From assembly GCF_006345805.1 (NCBI RefSeq), contig NC_043025.1, positions 2,480,001 to 2,544,000 of the forward strand: a stretch of 64,000 bases of DNA, read 5' to 3'. This document shows, in pieces, positions 38,040-52,849 of this stretch; the stretch's first letter is position 1; each line of letters starts with the position of its first letter. Position numbers and translations under genes: made by a program. Under the pieces are notes generated by a model. That model did no database searches. It worked only from the letters and a program-made list of their open reading frames with translations, and was not told where the DNA came from. The DNA comes from Octopus sinensis. Taxonomy: Eukaryota.

Positions 38040-41000
38040 CGTTTCGTTTTCTGGTGCTAGAACGTGTAATTACAAATTGTTTCTGTGTTGGTACCTCAAA
38101 CGTGTCGTGCAATTTTTCATGAGAAATTCACTTCTTTTGTCTGATTTTTCCTTGAATCAGGTTTTAAGTTGGTTAATAAGTCTTTTATGTTCGATATTTG
38201 TTTTTACCTTTTACCAGGAATATCATTCTTGCAATTTATATAACAATTGTACCATCCTCCCAGCCTTGTTTACTATATCTATAGGTCTTCAAACACTTTG
38301 TCACCTAACTTGAAGAATTTTGAAATATTGTTTCTTTTTTTATATATTTTCACTCGGTATCGGCTGATCAAAGATGGATCTGATTATTCTAACAAACATC
38401 AATTATTTGTAACCAGAGATGTTGCTTTCTACATTTATGCACTTCAGACCACGTTGAAAAACAGTCCCCCACAACGAAGTGATATGAAACCTTAAGTGAT
38501 TTTGGCCACGGGTGCCATTTTGTGACGGGTGTATTTGGAGCTAGAGAACAGCGTATTGCATACTATCACTATATCTTCAACGTTACAGTCCGTTGTTGGC
38601 CAGTATACCTAACTTCTCATTAACGATTTCATTATCGAAATCCCTTTGACTCAATATGAAATTCCTTTAGTAATTGCTTTTGTAGTGTGGCTGGCACTAC
38701 GACTCTTTGTGCATACATCAGCACATTGTCACACCTTGTGATAGGCTCGAATATTTTTCATCTCTTTAACACTTCTGCATTTCTTTCATTTTGTAATGAA
38801 TATATCGTTTCCCAATTGTAATTTTATGTCTTGTAACGTAAATAGCAGTTCACGCATGGAGTTATACAGTTTGCTTTTAATTTCATTTTCCGCTCGCAAA
38901 GTAGCAATCACGGTATCTTCAAATGCTTCAGCATTTTCTGAAATCGGTCTTGATAAACAATTAGCGTGTCCTAATTTTTAGATGGTATATACTCTATCTT
39001 AAATTCATAGTTTAATAATACAGTACCCCAGCGTTGCAGCCTATTAGCAGTACGGCTAGATATTTATTTCTTTTACTCGTATACTGATAATAACGGACGA
39101 TGATCTGTCTGTATTCAAAAACTTCTGCCGTGTAAAGATCTATGTAATTTTTTATGGAAAAAATAATTACAAGAGCCTCTTTTTTGATTTGGCTGTAATA
39201 TTTTCTGCTGATATCAAGAACCACCGCCTTCATGTTACCATCTTTTTATTTATGTAGCATTACTGCGCCGATACAGTATTCAGAGGCATCTAAAGTTACA
39301 ACATTCTCCGCTACAGAATCGAAGCGTGCTAACAACAAATCAGATGTTAATATTTTAAAATTTCGTCGAATTCCCTTTGACAATTTTCAGAGCAATTTCA
39401 ATTGACATTTTTTAAATACATAATCTACTGTAACACTTACCCTATGCATATTTAGAATATTATTTTGATCATAATTTGCCTGTCTCCAAAGCAATCATGT
39501 AAGGTCGTCATATTTGTCGGAGGGGGCATGTATTTAATTGCGTCTGCCTTCAACGGATCTGGTCCTCCTCCATTTCTTTCAATTGTTTGTCCAATTTTAT
39601 TTTCGGTAAGAAAGAAATCACGCTTTCTTTTTCAATGTAATCCCTAATTTTTTCGAACATATGTATTATATGCTCTACATGTTGATCCCGTGATCCGCTT
39701 TTAATGAGTATATCATCCAGATATGGAAATGCAAATTCACTATCCGCTAACACTGCATCTATAAGCTGTTGAAAAATTGCCGGTGTGACATTAAAGACAT
39801 ATAGTAACCTGTTGTATATATATATATATATATATATGTGCGTTAATTTTTAGGTATTTATAGCATTCATCGTCTACGCTAATATGTAGGTACGCGTCAG
39901 AGAGATCCAATTAAGAAAATACCTTGCCACCGTCTAATTTTGCAAATATATCCCCCAGGGTAGGTAGCGGATAGTGGAACGTTTTAAGACACTCATTTAA
40001 ACCAGTGGAAAAAATCAGCATACACTCTGATTTTGTTTATTTGTTTCTAACGATGCAAAAGTTTATCTGTTCCCACGATGCAAAAGTTACAGTTCGTTTA
40101 TATTTAAATACCGGTTTGGCATTTACTTTTACTTGTAACTTGTAAAAAATCTTTTAAAATTATTTCTACAAATAGTCGACGATTCATTTGTATTGGCAAG
40201 AAAACCATTCACATTTTTACTGAAAAGATTTATGGGGAGTTCCGATAAGTTAAGCAATTCTATTCAGTGTTCCGAATAAATTAGTGAGGTTTTCCTACAA
40301 AATGGAACGTGATTTATCATTACACCATTAAAATGTAATTATTTTCCTGAAACACCACCTACAATTTTCGAAATGTCTTTTAATCTAGGTCTTCTGTTTT
40401 TTTTCTATGTATCTGTGTTAATTATACAGGTATCACTGCCCTTATCTAGTTGCAACTTTACGTACACAAATTTCCTTTGAGGCTGTTCGTTTTTTGGTCA
40501 CCGATAACCTGTTTTCGTGTTTTCTTTCTGTTGAACTGTTTTCCAGGTTTGTTCTACAGTGTGATTTTTTTATGATCTCTCTTGCCACATTTGACGCCTT
40601 TTATATTTTTAAACGAACAGTAACTTTTAAAATGTTGACCACCGCACCCACAACATGGATTCGATCTTGACATTTTTTCTCTTATTTCTTATCCGTTACG
40701 GTGGAGACACTGGAATATGAGAGCAATCTTTTTCTTCAATTTCGTTTTGGGCGTCGCTTTCTTCATTTTTTCTGCGTCGTCTTTCCTGACATTCTTCTAC
40801 TTCTGTTTGTAGAGTTACTTTTTGTCCAGTTCTAATTTTGTTGACATCCGTGAACATATATTTCCATCTTTGCTTGCAGTTAGGCCTTAAACCAAAAATA
40901 TGCATTTGAACATCATCTTAATTCATATAATTTGAATTCTTTACACTTTCCGTTAACAGCCTCGGCACAGGTGACGAAATCTTCATGTTTTTGGACAAAA

Positions 41001-41730
41001 TATAAAATCTGTCCTCAAGTATTTAGCAGAGAACTCCTTTCCCTGAAACGTTTTGATAAAATTTCGGTTTTGGATTTTAAACGGGCAGTTCCTTTTAAAA
41101 TGTAGACCACAACATGGACTCCTTCGTGACATTTTTTGTCTGATTTCTTATCCGTTACGGTGGAGACACTGGAATATGAGAGCAATCATTTTCTTCATTT
41201 TTCTCTGCGTCGAGTACCCTGGCATTCTTCTGCTTCTGTCTGTAGAGTTAATTTTGGTCCAGTTCTAAATCATTTGATAAAATGTTAATAGTTTTTATTG
41301 AAACAAATCTCACCTGACTTCATGGGCAGAATATAATTACTATATTTTTTTGTATTTGGCATGGGATACCTGTCTTACAAAGTAGTCGTACTATTTTCCC
41401 CCTCAGATCAATTTATAAATTCTTCTTTAAAAATTTATTCGTATCTTAGAAAATATGCAGAGAAGGTAATCCCATCTTCTGGATTATAACTGAATTCTTC
41501 AATAGAGTTTGCTACGATTTCTGGCAAGTTCGCACCTGAAGTATTTTTAGACTTCTTTAACATTGATTCCAGCAACTATTGGTTTTGTTGTTGTTGCTGT
41601 TGTAGTTGCTCTTGATGTTGTTACTATTGTTGCTGTTGCAACTGCACCACAGACGCCATTAAGCCTTCTATCGTAAACGATTTTTTTTTGTTTATACCCA
41701 TCCCAAACAAATCTAAACGTCCAACGCAAA
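38040..41730 (-). mobile_element. Ty3/Gypsy remnant (paralog of 240-3470)
   Basis: FAFPYLDDILIK (ORF 39550-39753), YYSQIKKEALVIIF (39012-39233); retains a pol segment (about 38600-39040) missing from copy A. Confidence 0.8.
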
Positions 41731-41879
41731 CTTCGAAGAACTCTTCGCCACTTTTATACCCTGGTTTGGAACGTATGATTTAAGGAATCAGGGGGAAAGA
41801 AAGTGTTTACACGACGCGAATCGATTACCCAACGCTCTCTGTCAATGGCTCACAGTGAACTATTTACCAATTAATTGCT

Positions 41880-42720
41880 GAAGACTCGACAGTTGTCTAT
41901 TTAATAGGAATGTGTCAGTTCCCTTTAAGTCAATTGGAAGGTGGTCGGAATCCTTCCACAACAATACAGAAACAATGTAGACCTCTTCCTTGCGGCACAG
42001 AGAGTTTCACACCAAATGACGTAAAGGAAGATATGCAGTTGTAATTGCTGATGTTTTTTTCGAAATGAAGCAGACTCTTGGTAATTTTCTCAGACAAACG
42101 CTTCAATGTCTGAGGGTTTAGTTGCAGTGGAGGAAATTCACTTTATTATTGTGATTGAACATGAAGTTTTCATATTTAAAGTTCAGTGCTCCACAATACT
42201 CGCAATATAAGTACATATCACCAATACGATAGGTTCGTTTAGGATTATTGTGTCTGTTCAGTGGTAGTCCATGTCTTCCTTCACGCTTTCGTTGCACCTG
42301 TTCATCTCGCAAACGTAACGCCTGTTCAGCATTCATACTTGCAACTCCATCTTGATGTCTCTCTGTTTGATCTTGGAGACAAGCAGCCCTTTCCAAATCA
42401 TCCATATTCTCCCTTCTCTGTTACATTACGCTTTTCTGTTGGTCCTGATACTGCGCACACTGCATATCATTCATGATTTCCATTCTCCGCTGAAATATCA
42501 ATCTTTGTTGTTCCTTGTACTGTGTTTGTTCTTCCTCATCCTGTCTTCTACCTTGGTCTCGCATTCTCTCTCACTACAATTGTGCCTTGCGTTGCTCTTC
42601 ATCTATTGCAGATCGTCAAACCTGTTGGTACCATTTGTCCCTTTCTCTGGTTTCTTACCGCTGTTCTTCTCTTATACGCTGCCTGTAGTGCCTCACCCTC
42701 TCCCGAGTAGCTTCTAATCT
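41880..42720 (-). mobile_element. Helitron Rep N-terminal remnant (paralog of 3620-4470)
   Basis: IGDMYLYCEYCGALNFKYENF (ORF 42118-42405). Confidence 0.7.
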
Positions 42721-43832
42721 TCTTTATCTATACACTGTTCAGTCAAGTTTTGTAATTTGCTTATCTCATAAGCACAGCTTTGGAACAACGATCAAATAAC
42801 CGTAAACTGCGAATTTCTATTTCGCCGTAGCAGAAGCACAACCAACGGCAGAATGTATGAGAAGCAGTAACATCAACCGGGATCTTGTTGAGATGGAATT
42901 TACTGTGTATCCACCATTATTTTAATTGAAATATATATATTTTAATTATAGTGTATATATTTCTTAATTGTAATATATATATATAAACACCTTACATATG
43001 ACACTGTAAATAAGTGTGAATATTTAACAGAATTGCAGTTATGAGCATGCGTTAAGTCAAAGGTGGTATAAAATACTTAGTTCAATTGAAGTTACTTTGC
43101 ATTATGCATCACCATTACCACTTCCACCACAACCACTACCACCGTCTCTCACTCCCCTTTCTCTCATTTTCTCAGTTGATCTATCTATCATTTTATCTAC
43201 GTATCTGCCTTCCTTTAATCTCACCATCAGAACATCACCGCTCTGCTAAAATTATATTCGTAACCTTCCTCAATATCACTACCTTCAACTAACTTTTTCA
43301 TCACGTAATAAATATTACGTTCCCCCTACCACATGTCCTCTCCCACTTTTTCTCCCTCGCTCTTTTTTCTCTCCCCTTTTCTCCCTCTCCCTCTCTTTCT
43401 GCTCCACTATTTGACTTACTTTCGTTTTCTCATTCCTTTTTCTTTCTCTTGGTTTCTCTTTCCATTCAACTAATCACGTGAAAACATTACAGTCACGTTC
43501 CTTCTACCTCAGGTCATGGACATTTCTCTTTCGCTCTTTTTCGTTCTCCCTCTTTTTCTCTAATCACGAGAAAGCGTTACCGACGGAGTAATTAACATAA
43601 TGACAAGCAGAATTATTATAAGATCAGAAATATTATATTCAAGTTTTCTTCATGACAGACTCCTTCGTTTCCTCCTTATTTTTTACATCATTCTTTTCTT
43701 CAGCTCCTACATTTTCTGCCATTTCTCTTATTGTTGTTTTAATGTTGATGCTGTTGTTGTTGCTTATCATCATCATCAGCATCATCATCATCATCATATT
43801 CTTCTTCTTCTTCTTCTTCTTCTTCTTCTCTT

Positions 43833-43914
<82 letters not shown>

Positions 43915-43915
43915 A

Positions 43916-43947
<32 letters not shown>

Positions 43948-44278
43948 CACTACTACTGCTGTTGCTGCTGCTTCATCGTTGTTTCCTTTTTCGGCCTATT
44001 CTTCATCATCAACTTTCTCTTATGTTAGTCATCTTCTTCATAATAAGATCACGATATGTCATCCAATGTCATTTCCACAAACTAAATGTCTCTCTTATCT
44101 TCTTTATTTACCCTCATTCTTATACAATTCATATTGTCTTGCAATTTATGTTTGCCTGTGTGTAATAAAGTGGGAATATATTTGTTGCCTGGAAGTGAGT
44201 GTGTGCGTTTATACATCAGGGTTTGATAATGTATATATAGGTGGATGTGTGTATGTACACAGACACACACACACACAT

Positions 44279-44364
<86 letters not shown>

Positions 44365-44673
44365 TTGTATTTAGGAATGGTCATATTGCCAGTTTTGCCA
44401 ATAAAAACTCACGCACTATATATTTGGTGTTACTTTGATTCATCTTTATTTATTTTTGAGGTTAATCTTAATCTTCTTTCGAACGTATATAAACAGGAGA
44501 TACAAATATTACAGGCACTCCCTCCCATAGACACACACACTTTAACTAAATATAGACACATATTGAGGTATACTCAGGCGCAAATTAAGACATATCCGAT
44601 AGAAATACAAAATACAAAATGGCTGACCGTTAGTAAGAAGAGACACACAAATATAAATGAAGAAAGCAATAAA

Positions 44674-44713
44674 CCACTGATGAGGTCACAGGAGCGTGAC
44701 GAAAGAACTCTGG
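44674..44713 (+). ncRNA. Minimal hammerhead motif (identical to 6467-6506)
   Basis: cca-CTGATGA-ggtcacaggagcgtgac-GAAA-gaac-TC-tgg within the duplicated Penelope-like remnant at about 44360-44880. Confidence 0.65.
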
Positions 44714-45372
44714 CCGAAATAAGAGTAAGATTAATGTAAAAAATAAATAACGCTGAAGCAAAGTAACACCAAATATATAGTGCGTGTGTTTTTTATTGGC
44801 TAAACTGGCAATATGACCATTCCGAAATACAACAAATATCTGTTTCAACACACGATTTCACATCAAAATTCTTGCAAAACAAATACATAAACGTGTATAT
44901 ATATATATATATATATGTTTGCGTTTGTTTGATGTGTGACTATAGTTTTTGTATTTATATTCCTTTATTCCCACTTGTTTCCCCATTCTGATATTCCACG
45001 TTATTTTTCTCGTCTTAATATATCTTCTTTTCCTGCATTTATCGTCTTCATCACAACTTTTTCTCTACATTCATCTTGTTCATCATATTCTGGTTCTTCT
45101 GCTTTTAAAGTTTTTCAACTGCTTTCTCCTCTTTTCATGAATCATATTTGCTTCTTCTTCTTCTTCTTCTTCTTCTTCTTCTTCTTCTTCTTCTTCTTCT
45201 TCTTCTTCTTCTTCTTCTTCTTCTTCTTCTTCTATTTTTCTATATCTATAATTCTATGATTTATTTTCCTTCACCTTCTTCGTTATTCTTATCAATTTCT
45301 AATTTTTCATCACATCTTTCATCATCATTATGGTCATCATCTTCATCATCGTCATCATCATCATCATCGTCG

Positions 45373-45405
<33 letters not shown>

Positions 45406-45847
45406 GTATCATCTTCAGCGCTATCATATTCATACTCCTTCTGCTAATCATATTTTCGTATTCACTAATCGTTATAAATTATCATGTCATCATAACTATT
45501 TCCTTCCCTCATTTACTCTGCTATTTCTAGCATGCAGAATCACCATCACCTTCGTTATGTACCTCATAATAATCAACGTCGTCATCACCAATTAATCGGT
45601 AGCGTTTGTCATCCTTTTCGATAATAATCATCATCATTATCCCCCTTTTCCTTCTCACCGTCATTATTACAACACTTACGATCAACATTGCAATCCTCCT
45701 TCTCATCATCATCATCATCAACATCATTTCGGCGATTCTCTCCTTCACCGTCCTCTTTTTATTAATATCATTCTAAAGATACAAGATTTAATATTTTATA
45801 AGAAATCTTTTTAATACTTTTCTTTTGAACTGTGTTTTATTTTTCAG

Positions 45848-45919
45848 ATATCTCCATGAGAATAAGATCACAACCATCTCACAAGGAGCCTTTCAAAACG
45901 TTCCAAGGTTAGGGAAAAT
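45848..45919 (+). CDS. Internal 72-bp LRR exon, paralog of 7855-7926: YLHENKITTISQGAFQNVPRLGK(I)
   Basis: Same acceptor gttttatttttcag and donor gtaagt, 72 nt, phase 2-2, open frame, LRR consensus retained. Confidence 0.88.
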
Positions 45920-46910
45920 GTAAGTTGCTAAAGTTTTTTGATATTATTTTATTTACAAAATTTTTCTAGGAACTTGATGTCTTCTCATCTTCCTTTTTCT
46001 CTCTCTATCTCTAACTAATGTTCTGCTACTATTTTCATGTAAGACTGTGTATGAAGGTGTCTATGAAATGTTTGTGTCTCTATGTGTCTCCATAAATGTC
46101 TAACATTTTGTGTATGAGTGTACGATTGCACGTGAATATCTATGTTTGTATTTGTGTCTATAGGTGGGTATATTATGAAATATATATTTATGCAGAGTTA
46201 TACTCACTTCAAGAGAAGAAAGTATAGAAATATATTCATCCTCACTCGTTTGAGATACTGGTTCAATAATATGAGTTATTTTAAACTCTACAATTACATG
46301 ACGTGCTGAGGTTGGTAGTCGTCATTTTTTATTTGTACAGTGAGCTACAGCTGGGGCAATTTGGTCAAACTGTCCAGGGTGATGGCTGCATATACCGTTT
46401 CAATTTCTTTAGGAAGGATGTTAATGTAGCTAGTCGTCCACAACATAAAAGAACGTTTGGCGTGTCCCACGTATGTTTGTGTCTGTTTGTATGTCTGATA
46501 ATTTTACTTATGTTGATATATTTTTATTATCATTCCTATCCTCATTCCCAAATTTTCTTGTTATTGTTTTGTTTGTCCATCTTGTCTGTTTTCTTGCTAT
46601 TTATATTACTTTTTATTCATCATGATATTGGTTCACTTAGATAGCAAGATGTCAAGTTGTATCTTGAAACATCTACACCCACTCCTCAGATGTGTTGGCA
46701 GGGCGTTAACTATCTGTGAGCACTTGAACTCCAAACTATTGCAGTACATTCTCCTAATATTAAATGAGAGAGCCGGGATTTTAGGAACAGTGCAGTGACG
46801 CCTGGTATAATTCTGAATTCCAAAGTTTGATACCAGCTTCCCTAGTAACTTCCACACATATCACTACATACCTCTCCGGTTTTCGCTCCATGGACTAGAG
46901 TCCTAACTCA

Positions 46911-46967
<57 letters not shown>

Positions 46968-47251
46968 CATATGTGTGCGAGTTTATGTGTGTGACTTAGT
47001 CTCTATGTTTGTACTCACTACTTCTTCACAACCTATGTTAGTGCTTTTTATTATTCCTCGTCAGTCAGCGATTTCGCATAAGCGGCCGACAGGGTAAGTA
47101 CCAGGGTTTAAAAGAATAGTTAGTGGTCTCGATTCGTTCGAGTTACATACTTCAAGGTGATTCTCCTGCTGCAAAGCAGTAGACTTACTGAGACAAGTAA
47201 AAGAGGAAAGGGAGGCACACACACACATACATACATACATACATACATACA

Positions 47252-47285
<34 letters not shown>

Positions 47286-47295
47286 CATACATACA

Positions 47296-47329
<34 letters not shown>

Positions 47330-48813
47330 CAAAGCTGATGAGGAATAAGCGAATGGTTTCAACGACATTCTTTATTCCATATCCCTGCAATTGTGTCTAT
47401 ACATCACTCCCGTAGTTCATTGATAAGATGATATGGTTAATATCTTGTGTGATCACTGCCATTCATCAAAAGTGGAACATGTGTCTGTGAAAAGATAGTA
47501 TGATCTAACGTAGAACTTATTGAAATACTCAAATAAAAGCATATTTTACACCTACGATAGATGGTAAGGATTGGGCTGAGACCCCCCGTCGGTCATGACT
47601 GACCGTGGGATTGCACCTAGAAAGTTACCCTCCCAGGCACAAGTCAGGGCAAGTTTGTTTATGGAAGACCAGCAGTCGCCCATGCATACCGGCCTCCCCT
47701 CTCTATCTAAGGGAAAGGCAAAGGGCTGATACAACTTGGAACCTGTGACGTCGCAACTCATTTCTATAGCTGAGTGAACTGGAGCAACGCGAAATAAAGT
47801 GTCTTGCTCAAGAACACAACACCCAGCCTGGTCCGGGATTCAAACACACAATCTCACCATTGTAAGCTCCACGTTCTAACCACAGAGCCATGCGCTATAT
47901 ATTAATTATATCATCTGAACAATATACAATGGTAGTGTTATAGAATAAAGAATATCGTTTAATTCATTCTCGCTTATTCACCTCTGTTTAAACACTAAAC
48001 AGAAAAAGGAAAAAGAAATAATTTTTCCACAATAAAAACCGAGATGCAACAGACATAATTCAAAAATCTTTAGTACCAGTCTTCAACGCGGGTTTCGAAA
48101 TAGCAAATCCAAATCGCCATACAATAACACCATATAAACACCAGTTGCTGATGTCACATAAATCATTGAAATTTTACATCTGATCAGAACCGAACGCTTT
48201 AAGAGAATAAACCAACTGGAATGGCTTATGCCCGTCCCCCACAGGGACGTCAATCAGGCAGGACCACAATCTTGCCCACCAGAAAACTTAGACGTCACCT
48301 GTAATTTAATGAATCAAATATCAGAATGGTTCACGGAAAAAATTGTAAACACATCCAATTCCAAATAACGCCGTTACAAGCAAAAGTCCTTGCACACGAC
48401 GGAAAATGATTCACAGGGACTGTGCTCAAAGATTTCCCTTTTTCCACTATCTCAGTTTCTCCCTTGTTTTTCTCCTTCTTTACCCTGTATGGCCGAAACT
48501 CTGATGATCCACATTTCTTATCGATCTTTTGAATTTTATGCTTTTAAACAAGACGTTCCACATCTTTTATATTATTGAATGTTATGAATATTTAAATCAT
48601 ATTTCATATTACTGAAACTTGTAAACATTGAAACATATTGTTTCTCGTTCATTATTTTAAATTTTTACCATTGATAAACCAAAAGTATTGTTGAAACCAG
48701 TTTGGTATATATGTAAATAAAAAAACAATTCAAAAAATTTATTAAAAAAAAATCCAAATTTAGGTGCATCGTGAACAACACATTTTTATATAGTTTTCCT
48801 CCTCATATATACA

Positions 48814-48889
<76 letters not shown>

Positions 48890-48904
48890 CATATATATAT
48901 ATAC

Positions 48905-48974
<70 letters not shown>

Positions 48975-49249
48975 TAGAGATAAAACCACTATTAGGCAAA
49001 TCAAACAGTGAAAAACATAAGCCAATACATAAAATTAATTAAAATATGAAAGTTAAAAATTAAAAATTTTTTTAAATAATTTAAACTTATCAATTTAAAT
49101 ATATATATATGTAAATATATCTTTATTTATATTATTTATTTATTTTTTATTTATTTATTTATTTAATTTTTTTGTTGTTTTTTTATTTTATTTTATTTTA
49201 TTTTATTTTTTTATTTTATAAATATCAAAAGTATTAAAAGATAGAGTAA

Positions 49250-52200
49250 AACACTACGATCGTTTCATGGCTGTACCAATTCGAATAACAATAATTTAAG
49301 TTCAATTAATAATTCGAGTTATGGTTACAGTCAATCTTCATGTTAATTGAAATATTTTAAAAATAATCAGAAATATTTAAACAATTTTTTAAAGATATAA
49401 ATAATATAATATCGTGACGTAAATATGCCATTTGAATATGGCTAACCCCTAAGGGTGGATGCTACTGTAGTTTTTAGCCCCAGGAAGACATCTCCTCCAG
49501 CTGGCTATAGACACACTTTCTGTGACCTATCAGTATTTGCAAAGGGAAGCCATCCTTCCCGTCTTCAACTTAAGATACACACGGCCCCGAGTTTCAAGGT
49601 ATTGACCTATCATCTTTCTGATAAAAAAGGGAAATTTTTATTCAGTGCCTTATGAAACTTATGATAAATTGATATCCAAAGAGCTGCACGCTAAATACCA
49701 AATCGCCAAATAATCGGCTCTTACTGACATTAATAATAGACACTACGACTTAATTTCTGAATTAGGAATCCTTGACCGCACGCAACCTTATGATCCTAAG
49801 CCCCCGCACTGCACCCTAAAGGCCCATTAAAAAGATTTTCTTGCCAAACTGTCAATACGATTAATTTGCCCAACTAAATCTGACTTGGGTAGAATCAGCA
49901 AATCCATATTGGATAGAATTATTCCAGTGATAAGTGAAAGGACGATGTTGCCCTTATGGGAATCTACCAATGATGTTTTATATAGGTTTCACACAATTAA
50001 ATGTGCTGACTCATCTTCATTTGTACAATTTGATATTTCGAATTACAACTCCTTGATCTCTCCCATCTTACTGAATAAAGCAATAATTTTAGCCGGGAAC
50101 TTTGTTGAAATATCGAATCTAGATATTGATATTATTCAAGCAGCAAGAATGACTCTGATAAATTATGGAAAGCACCACTAGTCTAAATCGCATTCTTTTA
50201 TTTTATTCGACATCACTATGGGATCATCGGACTCGGCTCAAGTAACGGATATTGTTGGTCTATTTTTGTTAGACAAGTTTAAGCGGTTTTTCCAATCTCT
50301 ATCCGAAGGGATTTATTGGGATGACGCATTATCCATCTTCTCTAATCATTCAAATCCTCAGATTGAAAGAATGAAGTAGGACTTTAGAGAATCTCTCAAG
50401 GACGTTTATAATTTGAGCATCGTTTTTGAGAATAATCCTAAAGTGGCAAATTTCTTCGATATTACTCTCGATCTGAATACTAGCTTACACTACCCTTTCC
50501 GAAAACCAAACCAAACTTTCCGATATATCAATGTTTCCTCAAATCATCCCAAATCAACCATCAATAGCATTGTAATTGCAATTTCTATCAGAATCTCAAA
50601 CATATCGGCGAAGAAAAACATCTTTAATCAACACGCCCCAATATACAACAATGCCTTAAAATTGAGTGGGTTCACAGATAATATTGAATACATACACAAT
50701 TCAAAATTCAAAATTAAATTGGCCAGCATGGTCAGCGACGGTATGAAACGGATTTCGGATAGCAGAGGCTCCCCTCATGATCCCCAAGGAACTCGCAACA
50801 AGCTGATAATGACCAATATTTATGCTGATAAAATGAGATTTGGAAATAAGAGAAATAAATGTGATGTGGTTGGTTTTGTAAATGGTAACCACGTTAATAA
50901 GGTTAATAATGAGAATTGTAATGATGAAAATACCATGGATGATAACAGCAACGGGAGGGAAGGGGTTGCAAATAATAGGAGTCATAAATGTGAATTGAGG
51001 TTTAAAGTTGGGCTTAGGTTTAGTGAAGGTGAAAATAGGAATAAGAATAATACTAATAGTAGTAAAAATAAAAATATAAATATTACTAATAGATACAGAA
51101 TGGCCTTAACTCAAGTCAAGCAACATATTGTAATCCCATTATTAATACTAAGTCTAGGATTCGTCAAGTTACTTGGTTTGCCTCTCCCTTTTCATTAAGG
51201 GTGAAAGGTTTACCAAAGCTATTTTTAAAGTTATTGAAGGAAAATATCCCAAAACACCATAAGTACTATTCAATATGTAACAAGTCAACAATCAAGGTGG
51301 CCTACTCAGACACTCCCAATGTCGGATCTATTGTTGCTTCGTTGAACAGAAGTAAAATAAGGCGCTATAATGATAGAAATGATGACAGAAGCTTTAATGG
51401 AAAATTCATTAAGGACATAGAAGATAGTAGTAATATTAATAGTACGTCTTCTGAAATCGATTATGAAGGGCGTATTGGAATGACAAATAGTAGAGATAAT
51501 CATAATAATGATGTTGGTGATGATATTAGTGATTATAATGATTATCAGGGTGGTAATAATAGTGTTAATTGTACTGATAATGGTAATACAAATATTAGTA
51601 AAATTAAAAATAAAAATAAGAATGATGGTAATAGTAAGAATAACAATACATATACATATAACAATACATATACCGGAAAATAGTAGGAACGATGGTGTAA
51701 ATGATATGGTGGATCCTAGTACTGGGAGGGGGCATGGTTTCGGAGTGATCAGTAATACGAGACCCCGTAGCAGGTTGAAGAAATGTAATTGTAGGGGCTC
51801 ATCAGTATGTCCGATTAGCGGAAATTGTCGCCAGGAAACCGTAGTGTTGAGGCTCAAGGAGGCCAGAGAAAAATATATATTGGAAGCACAGTAGACTTTA
51901 AGCAGAGGTATCGGTTCCACCTGAGCTCTTTCAACAATCCTAAATATAGGACCTCTACAACATTGGCATTACATGTTAATGACCTTAAGGAAAGGGATGT
52001 TGAATTTAAAATATCATGGGCTATCCTTGTGCATGCCTCCCCTTATAGAATTGGGTCCACTAGATGCGGTTTATGCATAAGGGAAGCATATACTATATTG
52101 AAAAATTACAACAACGCAGTGTTAAATAAGTTCACTGATGCAATACCGGCGTGTACGCATAAGATCCACTCGACGTTCTATAAGAAATTTAGAAATAGAA

Positions 52201-52780
52201 ATAGCAATAAAAGTTAGAGCTAAGCAATAACAATTGAATTAAATTTAGTAAGCATAGTAAGAAGTGAATGAAATAAAACTAAAGTAATGTAATTATTAAA
52301 AGAAAAAATAGCTATTAGTATAAAAAGGGTCAAGGACTTGAACCCGAATATGTGGCTTTGCATGTATGTGAGAACTTATAAGATTGAAGAAAAATAAAAT
52401 AAAATAAGTGCAGAAGTGAAATGGTCCAGATGGCGCTGTGTGCATATCATTTACTATGGCTGCTGGATCGAATTATATGCGTGTAAAGTAGCATTCAGGA
52501 TCGGAGAAAAATTTCTGGGAGTACGTAATGTCTCGTTTCTGAATATGGCCGGTATGTAATTGTGTATTTGTTCACGTTTACTATGTGTTGTATGTATAGG
52601 ACATCCTGATGAGGGGTGTGCCAATTTTAAGTATATGAATTGACTAATATTAATAGGCGCGTCTCCGAAACTGCCCGTAGAGGGACTTCTGTGTATCCTT
52701 GTAAACTTATATTTTTGTAAATTGTATAATTATTATCTTCTATGTACATTTCGCTAGAATTTTAATTCGTCTTTTAATTT
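49250..52780 (+). mobile_element. Penelope-like retroelement (RT + C-terminal GIY-YIG endonuclease), decayed
   Basis: FVQFDIS, FDITMGS, GIYWDD, NFFDITLDL..YINVSSNHP; linker CNCRGSSVCPISGNC; KIYIGSTVDFKQRYRFH..CGLCIRE..LNK. Confidence 0.9.
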
Positions 52781-52849
52781 GCCATTGTATGCTTTATTTT
52801 TATTTATTATTATTCTATTTATTTCTCTTATTGTAACAAATTTATACTT

